A stretch of DNA of 64,000 nt, taken from NCBI GenBank assembly GCA_963924565.1, contig OZ004609.1, positions 20,522,001-20,586,000 of the forward strand, written 5' to 3'. Shown here in pieces: positions 13,001-26,400 of this stretch. Position numbers and translations under genes: made by a program. Origin of the DNA: Ascidiella aspersa. Its lineage: Eukaryota. Numbering within the stretch: the first letter of the stretch is position 1; every line of letters begins with the position of its first letter. The notes beneath the pieces were generated by a model. It did not search any database. It had not been told where the DNA came from and saw only the letters and a program-made list of their open reading frames with translations.

Positions 13001-15290
13001 TTGCTTTCTTTTTTTTTGTAAAAATTAAACGAATAAGTTTTGCGTAATAGAAGTGCAATGGACTAGCATTTTTCTGCTGTGTCCACCTAATTTAAGACAA
13101 CCGAAAATATTTGCATTAATCGTGAGTTGCACATTCTTATTGCTGAACGTAGAATACTGGCGACTATCAAGACTTATCTTGCGTATCCTAATTCGTTTTA
13201 CAATTTTTTTTTCACTTTAAATTGCGTCATAAATAAGAAAAGTGTTTTACTTAAAATCGTACTTATATCGTCCTTTTATGTAAGTTCTGTACGTTACCGT
13301 GTATACTGGCCAGCTTGATTCCGTGCGATTGTATTTGCAACGTAAAATCTCCTTGTCCGCTTTACCGTTAGTTACTCGAAACTATACTTCTATTTGTTTT
13401 TCTTTCCTTTCGTGCCCGTGTCTCTACTTTTTGTTACTTTCTTGTAACATTTTGAGTATCATGCTTCTTGGATCTGTATGTGCTTTTTACCGTCGCGCGT
13501 TTATCGTTGTTCTCTTGTGCTTTATACGTTTAGCTTCATTTGCGACCAGCAGATCTCTGTACTGCAGGCTTGAAATAAATACGCGTTTACCCAATCCGCC
13601 CTTGTTTATCTTGTTTTATGATTTAATGTATTTAAATAGTGTGCGCTTTGCATACAAAATCAAAGCTATAGATGTTTCAATATTAACTAATAAGACCATG
13701 GCGATTAACCCGCGAAAATTGCATTCATTTGGTTTTAATTGGCAAAGTCTTCACTTTAGAAGACTGACTTGCCGCATTAGGCACATAAAAAAGCACACTT
13801 CTCGATTAAATGATGTTTATCACGAATATTTTGAAAACACAACATTAGGGTAATTGACTTCACAGCTGTAAGGCTGCATAGAAACCACGTCAATAGTAGC
13901 AAAACGCAAAATTGTTTATACGGTCCAGTCTATTACCATACAATGACCTTATTACAAATATGAAAGATTCGCAAAAACGGTAAAAATTTCGTAATGGATG
14001 GAAATTGCATTTTGAAGAAATCGATTTCACACGCTGCTGCCACTGTTATCACACATGAAAGGCGTAAGAAATAGTTTGACGAAGATTCGATTTTTATCTT
14101 TATCCGGGTCAAGTTGGCCAAAAAAAGAATAAAAAACAAGGATATTTACGGCACCTTTGAGCTGAATAGATTGTTACACGTGTGCGAAAGTTTACATAAT
14201 TACGTTGGAAAAACGTTTATTTTTTAAGGGAGCCGTGTCCGTGATCCCCCTTAACCCTGAATCATTTTTAATGTAGGCTATATTTTTTGGTATTTTCTGT
14301 AATCAATGGGACACGGACACTACCTTTCGAGCGAAATCGAGAAAGTTTGTCCATTTATTAAATTAAACAAAGTTCCGCGGGCCACAAATAATGATGTTTC
14401 TGTTTCTGGCCACAAATCGCCTGCGGGTCTGGGTGCGAACCACCCTGCACCACATGAATGGAAAATTAAAAAAGCTAATAAGCAAGAAAAAAACTAAAAT
14501 AAAACATCTCAATATTAGGTTTAAATTCATTGGGCTGCTACCAGATGTGCGTTTTTATTTCCTTGCGTTAATTATTGCAATTGTTACGTCACTGTAGCGG
14601 TAACTGGTCCGGTGGTTGGGTTGATGGCCTGCGCCTTAGCTAGTTTCGTAAAAGTATGGAAGTAGGAGATGCTGTGTCCCTGACGAGTATTATGCTACTT
14701 GTAAAATAAAAGATATGTAATTCCAATGTAGACATTGTTGCTTTATACGTCTTATTGTGTATTTTCAAAGTAATTCAGTGGGAGGAGGTATTATGTTTTG
14801 CAGTGTAGATTTAATTAAGATAACCGAGAGCTGTATGTATGAGCAATGTGCCGAAAATAGATAAAGGCGATTTTTCTCGCACGAATTATTAACTGACTTC
14901 CTAATTCGTTGTAAACAACGGAATACATTTAGTCCAATTTTTAATTACACATTCGCGCGAGAATTTGACTGGTAACAAAGGCCCTCTTCAACTACATGTT
15001 TTGTGACATCACGCTATGACGTATTTGGTGAACTCATACTTGATTGATCATAAAAATACTATATCTGGTGAGTGGTATCTGTTTGAAAGCGTCCCGATTG
15101 AAGCCAAAAAAAAACTACGGTACCACTAGAATAGATATAGATCCAACTTTTTTTTCTAAATAGTATTTTTTTATAGGATCACACTAAATTCAAGGTCTTC
15201 GATAGATCGATTAATCAGTAATGCAAACTGTTGCTACCAGGCATGGTAAAATAAATCAAAAACAGCTCCTCTGGTAATTGTAATTGTTAA

Positions 15291-15331
15291 CCAACGTTTC
15301 GGCAACCTATACAAGACGCCGTCGTCAGGCA
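15291..15331 (-). ncRNA. Minimal hammerhead ribozyme-like core in the PLE 3' pseudo-LTR (possibly degenerate)
   Basis: Minus strand reads CTGACGA-cggcgtc-ttgtatag-gttgcc-GAAAC-GTT, i.e. CUGANGA / stem II / GAAA / palindromic AACGTT. Stem I pairing is weak. Confidence 0.6.
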
Positions 15332-16770
15332 CTGAACGCTCGTACAATAAATGGAAAGCGAAAAAAGAAAAAAGCAGAAACAAACGCGAGCAACGAAACG
15401 ATAAGAAAATAATTAGCGACTGCCTCTAGTCCTTCAGCAGGTGCTTGTAGCATGCAAAGGAACATCACGTCAGTTTTGACGTCCATGGTGTTACCCTTCT
15501 TATGGATGTTCCACGATTCCAAAAATAATCTTTTCCTGTAGTCTGATTCTCGTGCTGTTATTGAAGCGCCACCAAAATCAATTTGGTGGCTTCGGGAAAC
15601 AGCATGGTATGAGAGTGCAGACTTCTTTGCGTCGTTATTTGCCACGTCCTTTTGGTGTTCTTTTCGGCGAGTCTTGAATGACCTTCCGGTCTCGCCGATA
15701 TAGACCAAATTACAATCCTCGCAGGGGATTGAATATACCACACCTCGTTGGTCAAAGAACTGATGGGATCTTTGGGGTGACTCAGAAGCTTTCGAAGAGT
15801 ATTGGCAGGTTGCACACCAACCGCTATACCGAAGTCTCCCAACATACGTCTTAACACATCGGTTGGTTTTGGTATGTAGGGCAGTGTAACAAACCCATAT
15901 TTTTTCACAAAACCAACCTGCGCAACAGAATTCGGCCGGTCGTGGAGCATCTTGTTCAGGTAACCGTTGGACTTCAGGGCTTCGTGTACCTTTTTAAGTT
16001 CCACCTCGCGCTCAATGCTGTTAGAACATAGGCGTCGGGCCTGGTCCTCAAGTGATAGCACGACACCTCTCATTTGGTAAATAGGGTGATGCGAACGAAA
16101 ATTAAGATACCTGCCGGTACTTGTTGGCTTGTGGTACACTCTTGAACATAAATCACCGACAGGTCCTTGTGACTTGGACATCTAAAAATGAAAGGAGGTT
16201 TCCCTGTTGCATTTCCATGGTGAATCGAATACCTTGCTGCGCCTGATTAAGATGGTGCAGAAATAGTTCCACCTGATCTTTATCAATGACGGCAAATATA
16301 TGTCGTCAACATAACGCCACCAGAACCTTGGTGGGTTGGCAAATGTTGTCAGGGCTTCTCCTTCCATGGTCATGTTGGCGACCACCATAGAAACTGGAGA
16401 ACCCATCGCTGTACCCTGTATTTGGTGGTAACATTTCCCCCTGAATGTTAGAAACGCTGGCAGTAAACAAATTTGCAACCCAGTCACAACATCCAACATC
16501 CGGGAGCCATGGCGTCCTGTCTTTGAGGCTGTAGTCGGCCAAAATTCTGGATGACGCGATATCCATTGCCAATTCCACTGGTACACTAGTGAAAAGTGAC
16601 ACGACGTCATATGAGACCATAACCTCTTCACTGGACAGGGGAGACAATTGTGTCAACAATTTAACAAAATGTGTAGGGTTCAGAACAGTCCACTCTGTGT
16701 TTCCCACTAGCGGAGAGATGACTTTCGCTACGTATTTCGCCAAATTATAGGTTGGCGTACCAACGAACGA
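15325..16770 (-). pseudogene. Frameshifted PLE reverse transcriptase + GIY-YIG endonuclease ORF
   Basis: Fragments lie in different frames: SYDVVSLFTSVP (16306-16743), QGTAMGSPVS...WWRYVDD (16182-16631), VYHKPTSTGRYLNFRSHHP (15558-16181) and VYSIPCEDCNLVYIGETGRSFKTRRKEH...LFLESWNI (15325-15741). Confidence 0.9.
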
Positions 16771-17086
16771 AATAACGACGCAAAGAAGTCTGCACTCTCA
16801 TACCATGCTGTTTCCCGAAGCCATCAAATTGATTTTGATGGCGCTTCAATAACAGCACGAGAATCAGACTACAGGAAAAGATTATTTTTGGAATCGTGGA
16901 ACATCCATAAGAAGGGTAACACCATGAACGTCAAAACTGACGTGATGCTTTCTGCATGCGACAAGCACCTGCTGTAGGACTAGAGGCAGTCGCTAATTAT
17001 TTTCTTATCGTTTCGTTGCTCACATTTGTTTCAGCTTTTTTCCTTTTTTCGCTTTCCATTTATTGTACGAGCGTTCAGTGTCATTC

Positions 17087-17128
17087 AGCCTGACGAAGGC
17101 GGCTTGCATAGGTTGCCGAAACGTTGTG
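17087..17128 (+). ncRNA. Minimal hammerhead ribozyme-like core in the inverted pseudo-LTR copy
   Basis: CTGACGA-a-ggcggc-ttgcatag-gttgcc-GAAAC-GTT. Stem II ggcggc/gttgcc pairs with G-U wobbles. Confidence 0.6.
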
Positions 17129-18579
17129 AAACAATTCCAATTACCAGAGGTGCTGTTTTTGATTTATATAATCAGTAATGTATTCCAAACGCTAGTACTG
17201 TCATCTTGGAGTTATTTTAGGTTAGACGTGTAGTGTACCAATGTTGTCTTCAGAAACCACTGTGGCTCATATAATGTGTGTAGGCCTATTGCCTCTGGCA
17301 ATATCCCATTTTAAATTCTTATATAATATTTTTGAGTACTATGCAAGCGATCTGTAATATATCTTTATCTGATGATGATAAAAGTATGCTGCATATCAAA
17401 AAGTCTTTCTAAAGATGCTGTCGATTTCGCTGCTCAATTCAGCCTTCCTATTCGTATTTAAATCTTTTCACTGTTGGCAAGTTTAGAATGAACTCGTTGC
17501 AGACTAAAACAAACCATATCCATCTTGCTTCAGCGCAAATGTATCGCCAAAAATTTGCAGGCTGGAAATCTTTAACCAGTGGTTCTTAAACTTTATTTTT
17601 TTTATTGCGTTATACAAAGGAATAAAAATCAATTCGCGGCATGCTACTAAAACGGAAAAATATTTTCTCCTGATAATCGTCCTTGATACACGGCAATAGA
17701 TGAATACCATAGCATTTTTATCAGTTTTCTTATAAAATGTGTGTACAAATCTCGCATGCCTACTTATAATGCGAATCGTTTTTTCTTAAATAGTCAAAGA
17801 TTTCGCGAAACACTAAAGATTATTTTAAAGGGGACAGGTCATTCAACAGTGCTTAATTCACATTCTTTATAGTCATATATTCAGATTTTGCATCCCCTTT
17901 TCTTAAGCATTACACCTTTGCTATTTTCAATTTTCATCCATGTCTGGTTGCTACATCTGTTAAAACATATTACGCAATGTATACTTTGTATCCAGTTTAA
18001 ATTTTGTAATTTAATTTTTAAAACAATTTTAAACAAAGAGTTAATAATCATTTTACTGTAGATTTTAGCATACTGTCTCGCATTTAACAAACCCAAAATT
18101 GTCTGTTTAGTAAAAGTACAGACAGCTCTTGTACGTTGTTTAATATAATATTTGCTGAGTAGGCTAATAACGAAAAAAAATACTTCATTGAAACTTACCC
18201 TCTAAGAAAAATTGCCTTATTCACCGCCGCGTAGGTCTATTTAACACAGCCTTTCTTAACCTGGGGTAAATTTGGGGGGTAAATTTCCTCACTTTTGGGG
18301 GTAAATTAGCTATCAATCAAAATATCCACATCAGCTGACGAGACAGAAAAATAGTGCCAGCTGTAGGTATTGGTAGCATAGTTTCCTAGAAATGCTTTTT
18401 TTAAGCTAGCCTAGTACCCTATTGATTTTTTATCGCCTTGTATCGATAACGTTATGCTTCGCTAATTGATAATTTTTTTAGTTTCTTGGCAATATCCTTT
18501 TTCTCTCAGTTACTTCATTAATACGTCATTTGCTGTTTGAATAAATCAGGTTATTCGGCAGTCACGGCATAGATTAAGG

Positions 18580-19229
18580 CAGTGGTCTCCAACCTGTGGG
18601 TCGCGACCCCAAGTGAGGTCGCCTAAAATTTTTGTGGGGTCGCCATAACTCATATTCGTAATGTTTTAGTACGATTTATGTATTTAGTTTTATTTACAAT
18701 GAGGTCCCACTAATAAACGTGACTGAGTGCATCTTCTACATAAAAATTGCTGTTTTTAGCTCTTTAGAGCTGCTATATCAGTTAACGTACATTTGACAAA
18801 ATTTGTGTTTTTTGATTTAGCGCAGCAAATGTCGCACTTTTTCTAAAACCACATCAAGCTACATGTACAAGTGTGTCAAACATAGACAGTAGACGGAGAT
18901 GTTTAAAATCGTCCCTCATTTGTAACATCATAACAAATGCTGTTGATTTCTAGTAAAACATTCGCGTTTTCTGAGGTTGCATTCCACAGGCCAAATTAGA
19001 AAGCATATCCACTTAAAAACACAAACAGGCGAAGAGGCTTATCTCTAAAAACATTTTTTACTTGTCATTATGAATACATTCCCCGGCGAAGTAGGTTCCC
19101 GTTCTGCTGCATTCTAGCACTTGTTTTAGCATTGCCTATACAATTGTCTCCAAAATGGGGTCGCAATGTAAATTCTGATTACATCTTATTAAAATTGGGG
19201 TCGCTTATTTAAAAGATTGGAGACCACTG
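18580..19229. mobile_element. hAT-type MITE nested in the outer element
   Basis: TIRs CAGTGGTCTCCAA / TTGGAGACCACTG, GGGTCGC subterminal repeats, 8-bp TSD GATTAAGG (18572-18579, 19230-19237). Confidence 0.9.
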
Positions 19230-19757
19230 GATTAAGGTAACGTGTCTGCGAGCAGTTTTGAAAGTTCCGATACACTTTTTGAAATTCCAGTGCTGGTTAT
19301 AGGCCTACATGTGATTGCCTAATTTTGTCACTGGGTACGGCCTAACTGGCCAAGTTAGTTTATTGTTAATCTATTTAGTCCAATGATTAAGGCTTTAAAC
19401 AACTCATTGACTGATTATGACGTGTAAAAGTAACTAAAAATGTGATCTTAAAAATGGCATGTCCCAAAAGAAGAGAAAGTACCAGAAAAATTATTTGAAT
19501 TTTGGATTTACATATCTTATTGAGAATGGTCTTTAAGTTCCTCAGTGTGTACGTGCGTGGAAACATTTTTAAACAGTACCATGAAACCGGCTCCTTTAAA
19601 AAGGCATCTAGCAAATTCTCATCCAATCATGATGAGCAAAAACTGGCGTTTTATAGTCAAAGCTGTCCAGTCTGAAATGAAAAAAATAGACAAAACTGGA
19701 ATGTTTTGACAACAACTCATTTCCAAAAGCGAGGGAACCCGTCGCATTGATTATACC

Positions 19758-20217
19758 CAGGGTTGCCATACCGTGCTTATTTCTAAGATTTTGTGCTTAT
19801 TTTTGGGTCCAGTGTCTTAGAAAACACAAATGTGCTTATTTCTAAGAAACGTGCTTATATTAGAAGTTTGTGCTTATTTGTATTTACCAGGTTCTTTGAT
19901 CCAGATTATAGCAAAAAATGCTTCAAAAGGTCTACATGTGCGCTCTGACGCAAGAAATTAACAAAGCTTGCATTAAATAAGGGTGGTAAAATTGCCAATT
20001 TCAAGCAAATAAATGCATTTTTTGTGTTTCGCGCGATTTAGCTACGTTTTTCGAATACAAAAGTAGGTGTTTTTAAATTTTTATTTTATTTTATGACGTT
20101 ATTCCTGAAAGCATGGATTTCACCCTCGCAATCCTAAATCTCGCCCTGGTCTTCAGTAACGTGCTTATTTTTTTAAGTAGCGTGCTTATTTTTTGGTCTG
20201 GGCAGATGGTAACCCTG
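19758..20217. mobile_element. hAT-type MITE nested in the outer element
   Basis: TIRs CAGGGTTGCCAT / ATGGTAACCCTG, GTGCTTATT subterminal repeats, 8-bp TSD ATTATACC (19750-19757, 20218-20225). Confidence 0.9.
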
Positions 20218-20471
20218 ATTATACCTGATGTAATTTGTTACTTTCCTTTTTTTAATAGATGAAGTTATTTTATATAATGGGGGGTAAATCTGATATTCAT
20301 CTTTGTTAAAGGGGTAAAACATACAAAAAAAGGTTGAGAACCCCTGATTTAACACGATGTTGAACATAAAGTTTTAATAACTAGATTTTGAAAGTGGTAT
20401 TGTTTATTTTAAAAACATTGCATTTACTCAAGACAAGAAAGCCACAATAATCATTGTGTTACTTTGTATTT

Positions 20472-23400
20472 CTATCGGTGATGTTCGGCTGTTGTTGCCC
20501 TTGCTGTTGCTGTATTAACCAATCTTGTTGCTGTTGATATTAGCGTTGCTTCCGTTACAATTGTGCTGACTGTAGTAACTGCGTCATTGTCGATGCTTCT
20601 AGTCTTGTCACCGATACGGACTGCGTACGTTGTAGACGGCTCTCTAGCGTTGCATAGCGCTGTGGTGCAGCACTTGTTGCGACAATTGCTGTGATTAGAA
20701 ATACAGGAAAATAAAATATGGGGTTTTGTTCAACTTGCTTGTGACTACTTTTTGTGGTCGCAAGTGAATTTAAAGATCATTTAACCTCTTATTTAGGAAG
20801 CTACCGGGTAAGGGTCGCCAAGAGTGAAGAGGAGAATATGTTTGCGGATAATACGCCAAACAAGTAATCATTATAATTCGCAACATATTTTTATACTTTG
20901 CATAATAGACAACCTGTAGGTGCCACTAACAATTTCTTTATACGTGACAATAAATAGGGAAATTATTGTAATACGTATTCGAACTGGCATTGCTGTACCA
21001 AAATGAGAGGCTCACAAACAGATTTCGATGCCATTAGCCAAACGTTCGTTCAGTATGTTTTTAATGATTAGGAAATGCCTTAAATTTTATTACTGTTAAC
21101 CAAAACATTGAACTTGTAAAAAAAAATTATAATACATGATTGTGAATTTCGGAAGTTTGTTCGTAAAGCAATTTGAACAGATGTATACCTAAGTTTATAA
21201 CGTCCTTTCAAAGTAAAGCTACTTTTTAAGAACGTGAATATAATACCAACCTAATACGGATGTTAGATCCTTCAAAACTAGAATATTTTAATCCATATAG
21301 TTGTTCATCACAAAACCGTTCATTGTTAGAGCAATCTTCAACAGTTTCGGCACACGCAAATGATGTTTGGTGATACGAAAACCACACCCCTACATTAATT
21401 TAAACTAATATTAGTTTATACATAACATCGCTACTCTTTTGCTGATTTTATTTTACTTAAATGTAAAAATATATAAATCCAATAGGCATATCTAATTTAT
21501 TGCTAATCTTAGGTAAAAACTGTAAAAGGTTAATACATAAGGCAGATGTAATACGTACATGGCTGAGATCGTTTCATGCTTACCGGTTGCTTGGGTGGTT
21601 ACATCCATTTCGTTGGTCAGGCAGGCGGTTGTGCAATAAATCTCAATTAGTGGCATTTCAAAAGAGAAGTTAACTTCTCCCATGTAGCAAGCGGTAGGTA
21701 TTCGAAGGTTGTAGTTTGCCGTCACGGCCATAATAGCTTGTGTAGGGGATGTAGTGGTCGTTATTAAATTTGGCGATATGAGGAATGTACTAGGTGTCGT
21801 TGTAAGAGTCTCCGTAGCATTGACACGAGCCGTGTGTGTGGTGATAACCGTGTAATTTCGGGTTGGATCCCTAGCATTGCATAAGGAAGTAGAGCAACAT
21901 CTGTTTCGACAGTTTCTAAGGAAAAGAGAAAAATTATACAAAAGACAAATATAGGTAAAATAAAAGCATTGCTATTTGTTTGGGATGTGATTTTAGAATA
22001 TCTCCGGCTGTATACGGCACAGAACCGGTGGACTTTTTCAAATCACTTATTTGAATATATATTTAGAATATTGAACATACAATTTGTGTTTACTTTTACG
22101 TAATTTAATTATTTTTGGTAACTTGTCTAGTGAATGTAACAATTTTAGACCAGTCATACGAACACAGTTTTCACGTCGGTTGCTTCCAAAATGTCATCTT
22201 GTATTTTATTTTGCAGGTCATCGCAAATCGGTTTGTTGTTTGAACAATCGTACAAAGTTTCGGAACAGCCAACCGAAGTTTGATGGAATGAAAATGGTTT
22301 ACCTGAATGGTTTATACGGATTGAATAGTATTTCGATATAGATGGTATTTTATACAATTCGTGTTACCCAACACTAAGGAGGATGCAAATGTCAAGCGAA
22401 TGTAGGGTAAAATAGTGACTTACCATCCACCATGAAGTTTACATCCATTTCGTTGGTCATGCAGGCAGTTGGGCAAAATACCTTGCTGAGTGGCAGTTTG
22501 TTGGCAAAATGAATTATTCCCATGAAACACGTTAAAGATGCTCCGTTTTTGTATTTGATCATAGTTGGTGCTTCTGGGGATTTTAGTGTTGTCATCGAAG
22601 GAGACAGTTCTACACTTTTTGATATTGTTGTTGGGGCTACAGCTGTTGCCGCTAAGGTTGTAGTGGTCACCTCAGCGCTTGTATCAACGGTGCCGGCTAT
22701 AGATTTATCCATGCCATTGCACAATGAATTTGTACAGCATTTATTCCGACAACTTCTGTTTGACGATACACGAAGTATAAAAAAAACAACTTAGACGGAG
22801 ACCCACAAGTATTAATTAAACAAAGTGTATACGAAAAAAAACCTATAGATTTACGGCAAGCCAAGGCATCATTTTGTTGTTAAACATATTTAACCGTTAT
22901 CATAATCGAGGCGTTTATAGCCATCAAACGAAAAAAAAGCTTCCACTAACGTGATATTGACGTCGGATGCAAAATCAGCTTGAAGGTTGAAAAAAAGGGA
23001 ATCGCAAAGGCGTTCATGGTTGTCACAGTCGTCAACATTTTCGGCGCACATTAGTGTAGTTCGATGAAATGAAAATGGTACGCCTACACGTATTTTTAGA
23101 CAAATAATAAATATATTGCATATTGATCCAGTTTATTACTTAAGCAATGCGTGTTTTTATGTACGCCTTACCAGCCGCTTGGGTGGTGACGCGAATTTCG
23201 TTGGTCAAGCAGGCGGTTGTGCAAAAAATCGTAACAAGTGGCAAATTATTGATAGAATCAATTTCACCCGTGTAGCAGGTTATAAGCTTTTCGTTGTTGT
23301 TTTGAAATATTGTTACAGATGGGGGTGTTTCTGTAGCTGTATTGCTTGTAGTTTCTGACGACGTTGTTGGCATTGCGGTTGCTTCAAATACCTTCGGTGT

Positions 23401-26400
23401 TAGAACAGCGCCGTTGTTTCGATCGGTATGGTTTGCAACAACCTCATAACTAATAGATTTATCTTTGCCGTTGCATAGCGATTTCGTACAGCATTTACTT
23501 CGACAATTTCTACCAAGATCAAATAAAAAAATGTTTGAAATGCATATAAAACATATACCTAAAACAGTGTAACAAAATATTTTTAAGAGCTGCCAAGGCG
23601 AATATATTTGCAAGAAAATGGTTGGACTTACATTAATTTCATCTCAGTATCTTCCAAAAAGATATCGTGTGTGTTATTTTGTAGATCCGCGCACGACGTA
23701 TGATTATTATTAGAGCAATCTTGCAAACTTTTGGCGCAGCCAACAAAGGTTTGGTGAAACGAAATTGGCATTCCTAGGGGCGATATACAATAATAACGAG
23801 TCAATAAGTTCTCGAACTGTTCATGATTTGAGCTAATTTTTACCAATATATGACAGCTTGTTAGTTTTTTTCTCTAGTAGCCATCTATTAGGTTGTAATG
23901 ACTTTTGTAGGTAAAGTGGAAACCGAATATTGCATGCTGTCGGCTGTAAACAGGGCACAATAACATGTTGGAAGAGCTTTATAACTTACCTACCACTTCA
24001 GAGTTCACGTCCATTTCATTGCTTAAACAAGCGGTTTTGCAATAAATCGTTCCCAAAGTTGAGTTAGTGAAAAAATTGATTTTTCCCTTATAACATAGCA
24101 TATTATGTTCTGGGTTGTTGTTGGATGTCGCTGTTACGTTGAGTGCTGAAATAGTTGATGTTACACTTGTTGCTTGTGTATTTGCATTTTCTGTTGTTAC
24201 TGTAGTTATAGCCTGTGTTGTTCGATTTAATAGTGGTGCTGTACTTTGTGTAGCGATACGTATTGTTGCTGAACTTGCGAGAAGTGTTGTTGTTGTAGTT
24301 CTTGTTGTAAGATGTGCTGTCCTTCTGGCTGTTGCTCCCGTCGATGCTGTTGTTTTTATTATTATTGTAGTAGTCAAATTCGAGTTTAATCTGGCATCTT
24401 GACCAAAGTGACTCATGGCATCGTACGATAGATTCGGATCTCTGTCATTGCATAGAGACGTAGCACAGCATCTATTTCGACAGTTTCTGAAAAAAATTGA
24501 TTCGTTTTGGCTTGTCTAATTAGATCTAAAACGCCTGAGAAAACAGGATAAGGTGATCAACAAGCCACATTTGGGACCTTCGTCTGTTGTGCACTACTAC
24601 TCATTCAACAAATTAGGTTGATTTTTTTTATTTTTAGCTCATGCATTGTTATTATGGCATTTTTTCCATAACATTTATATTAATGTAACCTGGACTTTCC
24701 TAAAAATCTGCCTGCTCGTTTTTCATGACATAATTTATTGTGATTGGTCTGTTGGTAATAAACTTACAAAATTTTGACTCTCGGATCGGCAGCTTGTGCT
24801 TCCTTATTAAGTCTGTCACATAATCGATCAGTGTTGTTGCAGTCGTCTATCATGGATGCACATGCAAATGATGTCTGGTGAAACGAAACTTTTGACTCTG
24901 AAAATAGAAATTTATAATAAACCATATACAAATTACTCGACGTTAGTCAGGTTAATTAGCGTATTTTCCAATCGTATTAATAACTATAATATTTCCAACG
25001 TGTACTGAATGCAACTTGTCAGCGTTGTCCCAGCTGTGTAAATAGTTACCGTTGCGACTCAAAATGAATTTTATTCAAGTAAAATGTAAGAAGGTGTTAC
25101 CTCTTGTTCAATATCACATATTATGCGGTGTACCATCCCGTGTGAGTTTGTAAAGCCGCGTGTTATAGCCGATGACATAAAAATGATTTTTTTCCAAAAC
25201 TATTCAACATTTAACCACACAGTACTTTACGTGTGTAGCTTGTTAAAAGTGCTAAATATTTCTTATGCCTTATGAAATCGTCATATCATTCATCAGGCCT
25301 GATATCAAACGCAAGCATTTTTGTTGGCCACTAAAAAAAATATTTTTGAAAATGCAATAATTTTTTATACGACGTACAAATAGCACTATATAGATAGAGT
25401 TATACACACCAAAAATGCAGCAATTTATGTCGTAAATTTTTTCATATTGTGTAATCGATTTTTGAAGTGACAGAAAATTTGTGGCGTACATTTTAAAATA
25501 GCAAAGGCGGTATTCGTCTGTAAAATTGCGATTTAAAATCTTTTATACCGCCTGGCCAAATATGTATCCCGATTAACGGGCCAAATGTGTAAAGCCGGAT
25601 TGAACCACAGGCTAAACGCCATTCATATTGCTGGAAACCTCCAGGTGTTAATAAGGAAAAAAAGGCTCACCGATGTAAGGCCATATACTGAAGCAATTTT
25701 TAATAAGCGCCACATTAAACGAAATTAGTGCACTTATTGCCTGTACCTTTGCAGACAAAAAGTATAACAATAATATTTAATCTCCGTTGGTGGCAGGAAC
25801 GGAACTCAGCGGGAGCACCAGACATGCAATAAGTTGGCGAAAAATTCTATGTCGCCTTAAAACATATAACAAAACTTGCTTGACCCACAGGGTTGTCTCG
25901 GCAATAACAATTAATTCAATAAACTTAATATTTAACTAATAATACTCCTATTTTGTCGTTTTTCTCTTTATGTATATCAAACCGTCTTTAATTAATCACT
26001 GTTTGAGTATAGTAAGAAACTCAGTAAATGCATATAGATTGAAGTCCGGTGGTCGGCAACCTATGGCCGCGGCCAGTCAATATATATCATCAGGCCCCCA
26101 CCTTTTACAAACTGGACACTAAAGTTTAAGGTTGCGCGGTAAAAAATTGCGTTTATTACAAATTGCGCAGTAAATTTTCGTTTTTGCGCACACCATTTCT
26201 ATTTTAAAATGCAAAAAAATATTTACACTTTTTATTATCGACTGTGACGTAATACTTTGTAAATTATTGTGCCTTATCGGTTTTTATCAATATTGCTATG
26301 TGTTTTATCTGAGGATAAAGTAAAATGGATCTTTACTGAAAAACTAGAAATATATAATAATAAATCAATAAAATAAATAATCGCGGACTTCCACGATCAC

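Larger units (their letters stand above)
15224..17168 (-). mobile_element. Penelope-like retroelement (PLE), 5'-truncated, with inverted pseudo-LTR
   Basis: RT and GIY-YIG coding fragments on the - strand. 16770-17166 is an inverted copy of ~15250-15640. Flanked by a 12-bp direct repeat TAATCAGTAATG (15212-15223 and 17169-17180). Confidence 0.92.
18247..20346. mobile_element. hAT-type non-autonomous element (outer), carrying two nested insertions
   Basis: Termini CAGCCTTTCTTAACCT... and ...AGGTTGAGAACCCCTG. 8-bp TSD ATTTAACA (18239-18246, 20347-20354). Confidence 0.8.

Noticed and set aside
10535-13853. Long ORFs 10535-10942, 11745-12359 and 13299-13853
   Set aside because: No recognisable domain, non-ATG starts, low-complexity F/L/I/C content typical of AT-rich UTR or intergenic DNA.
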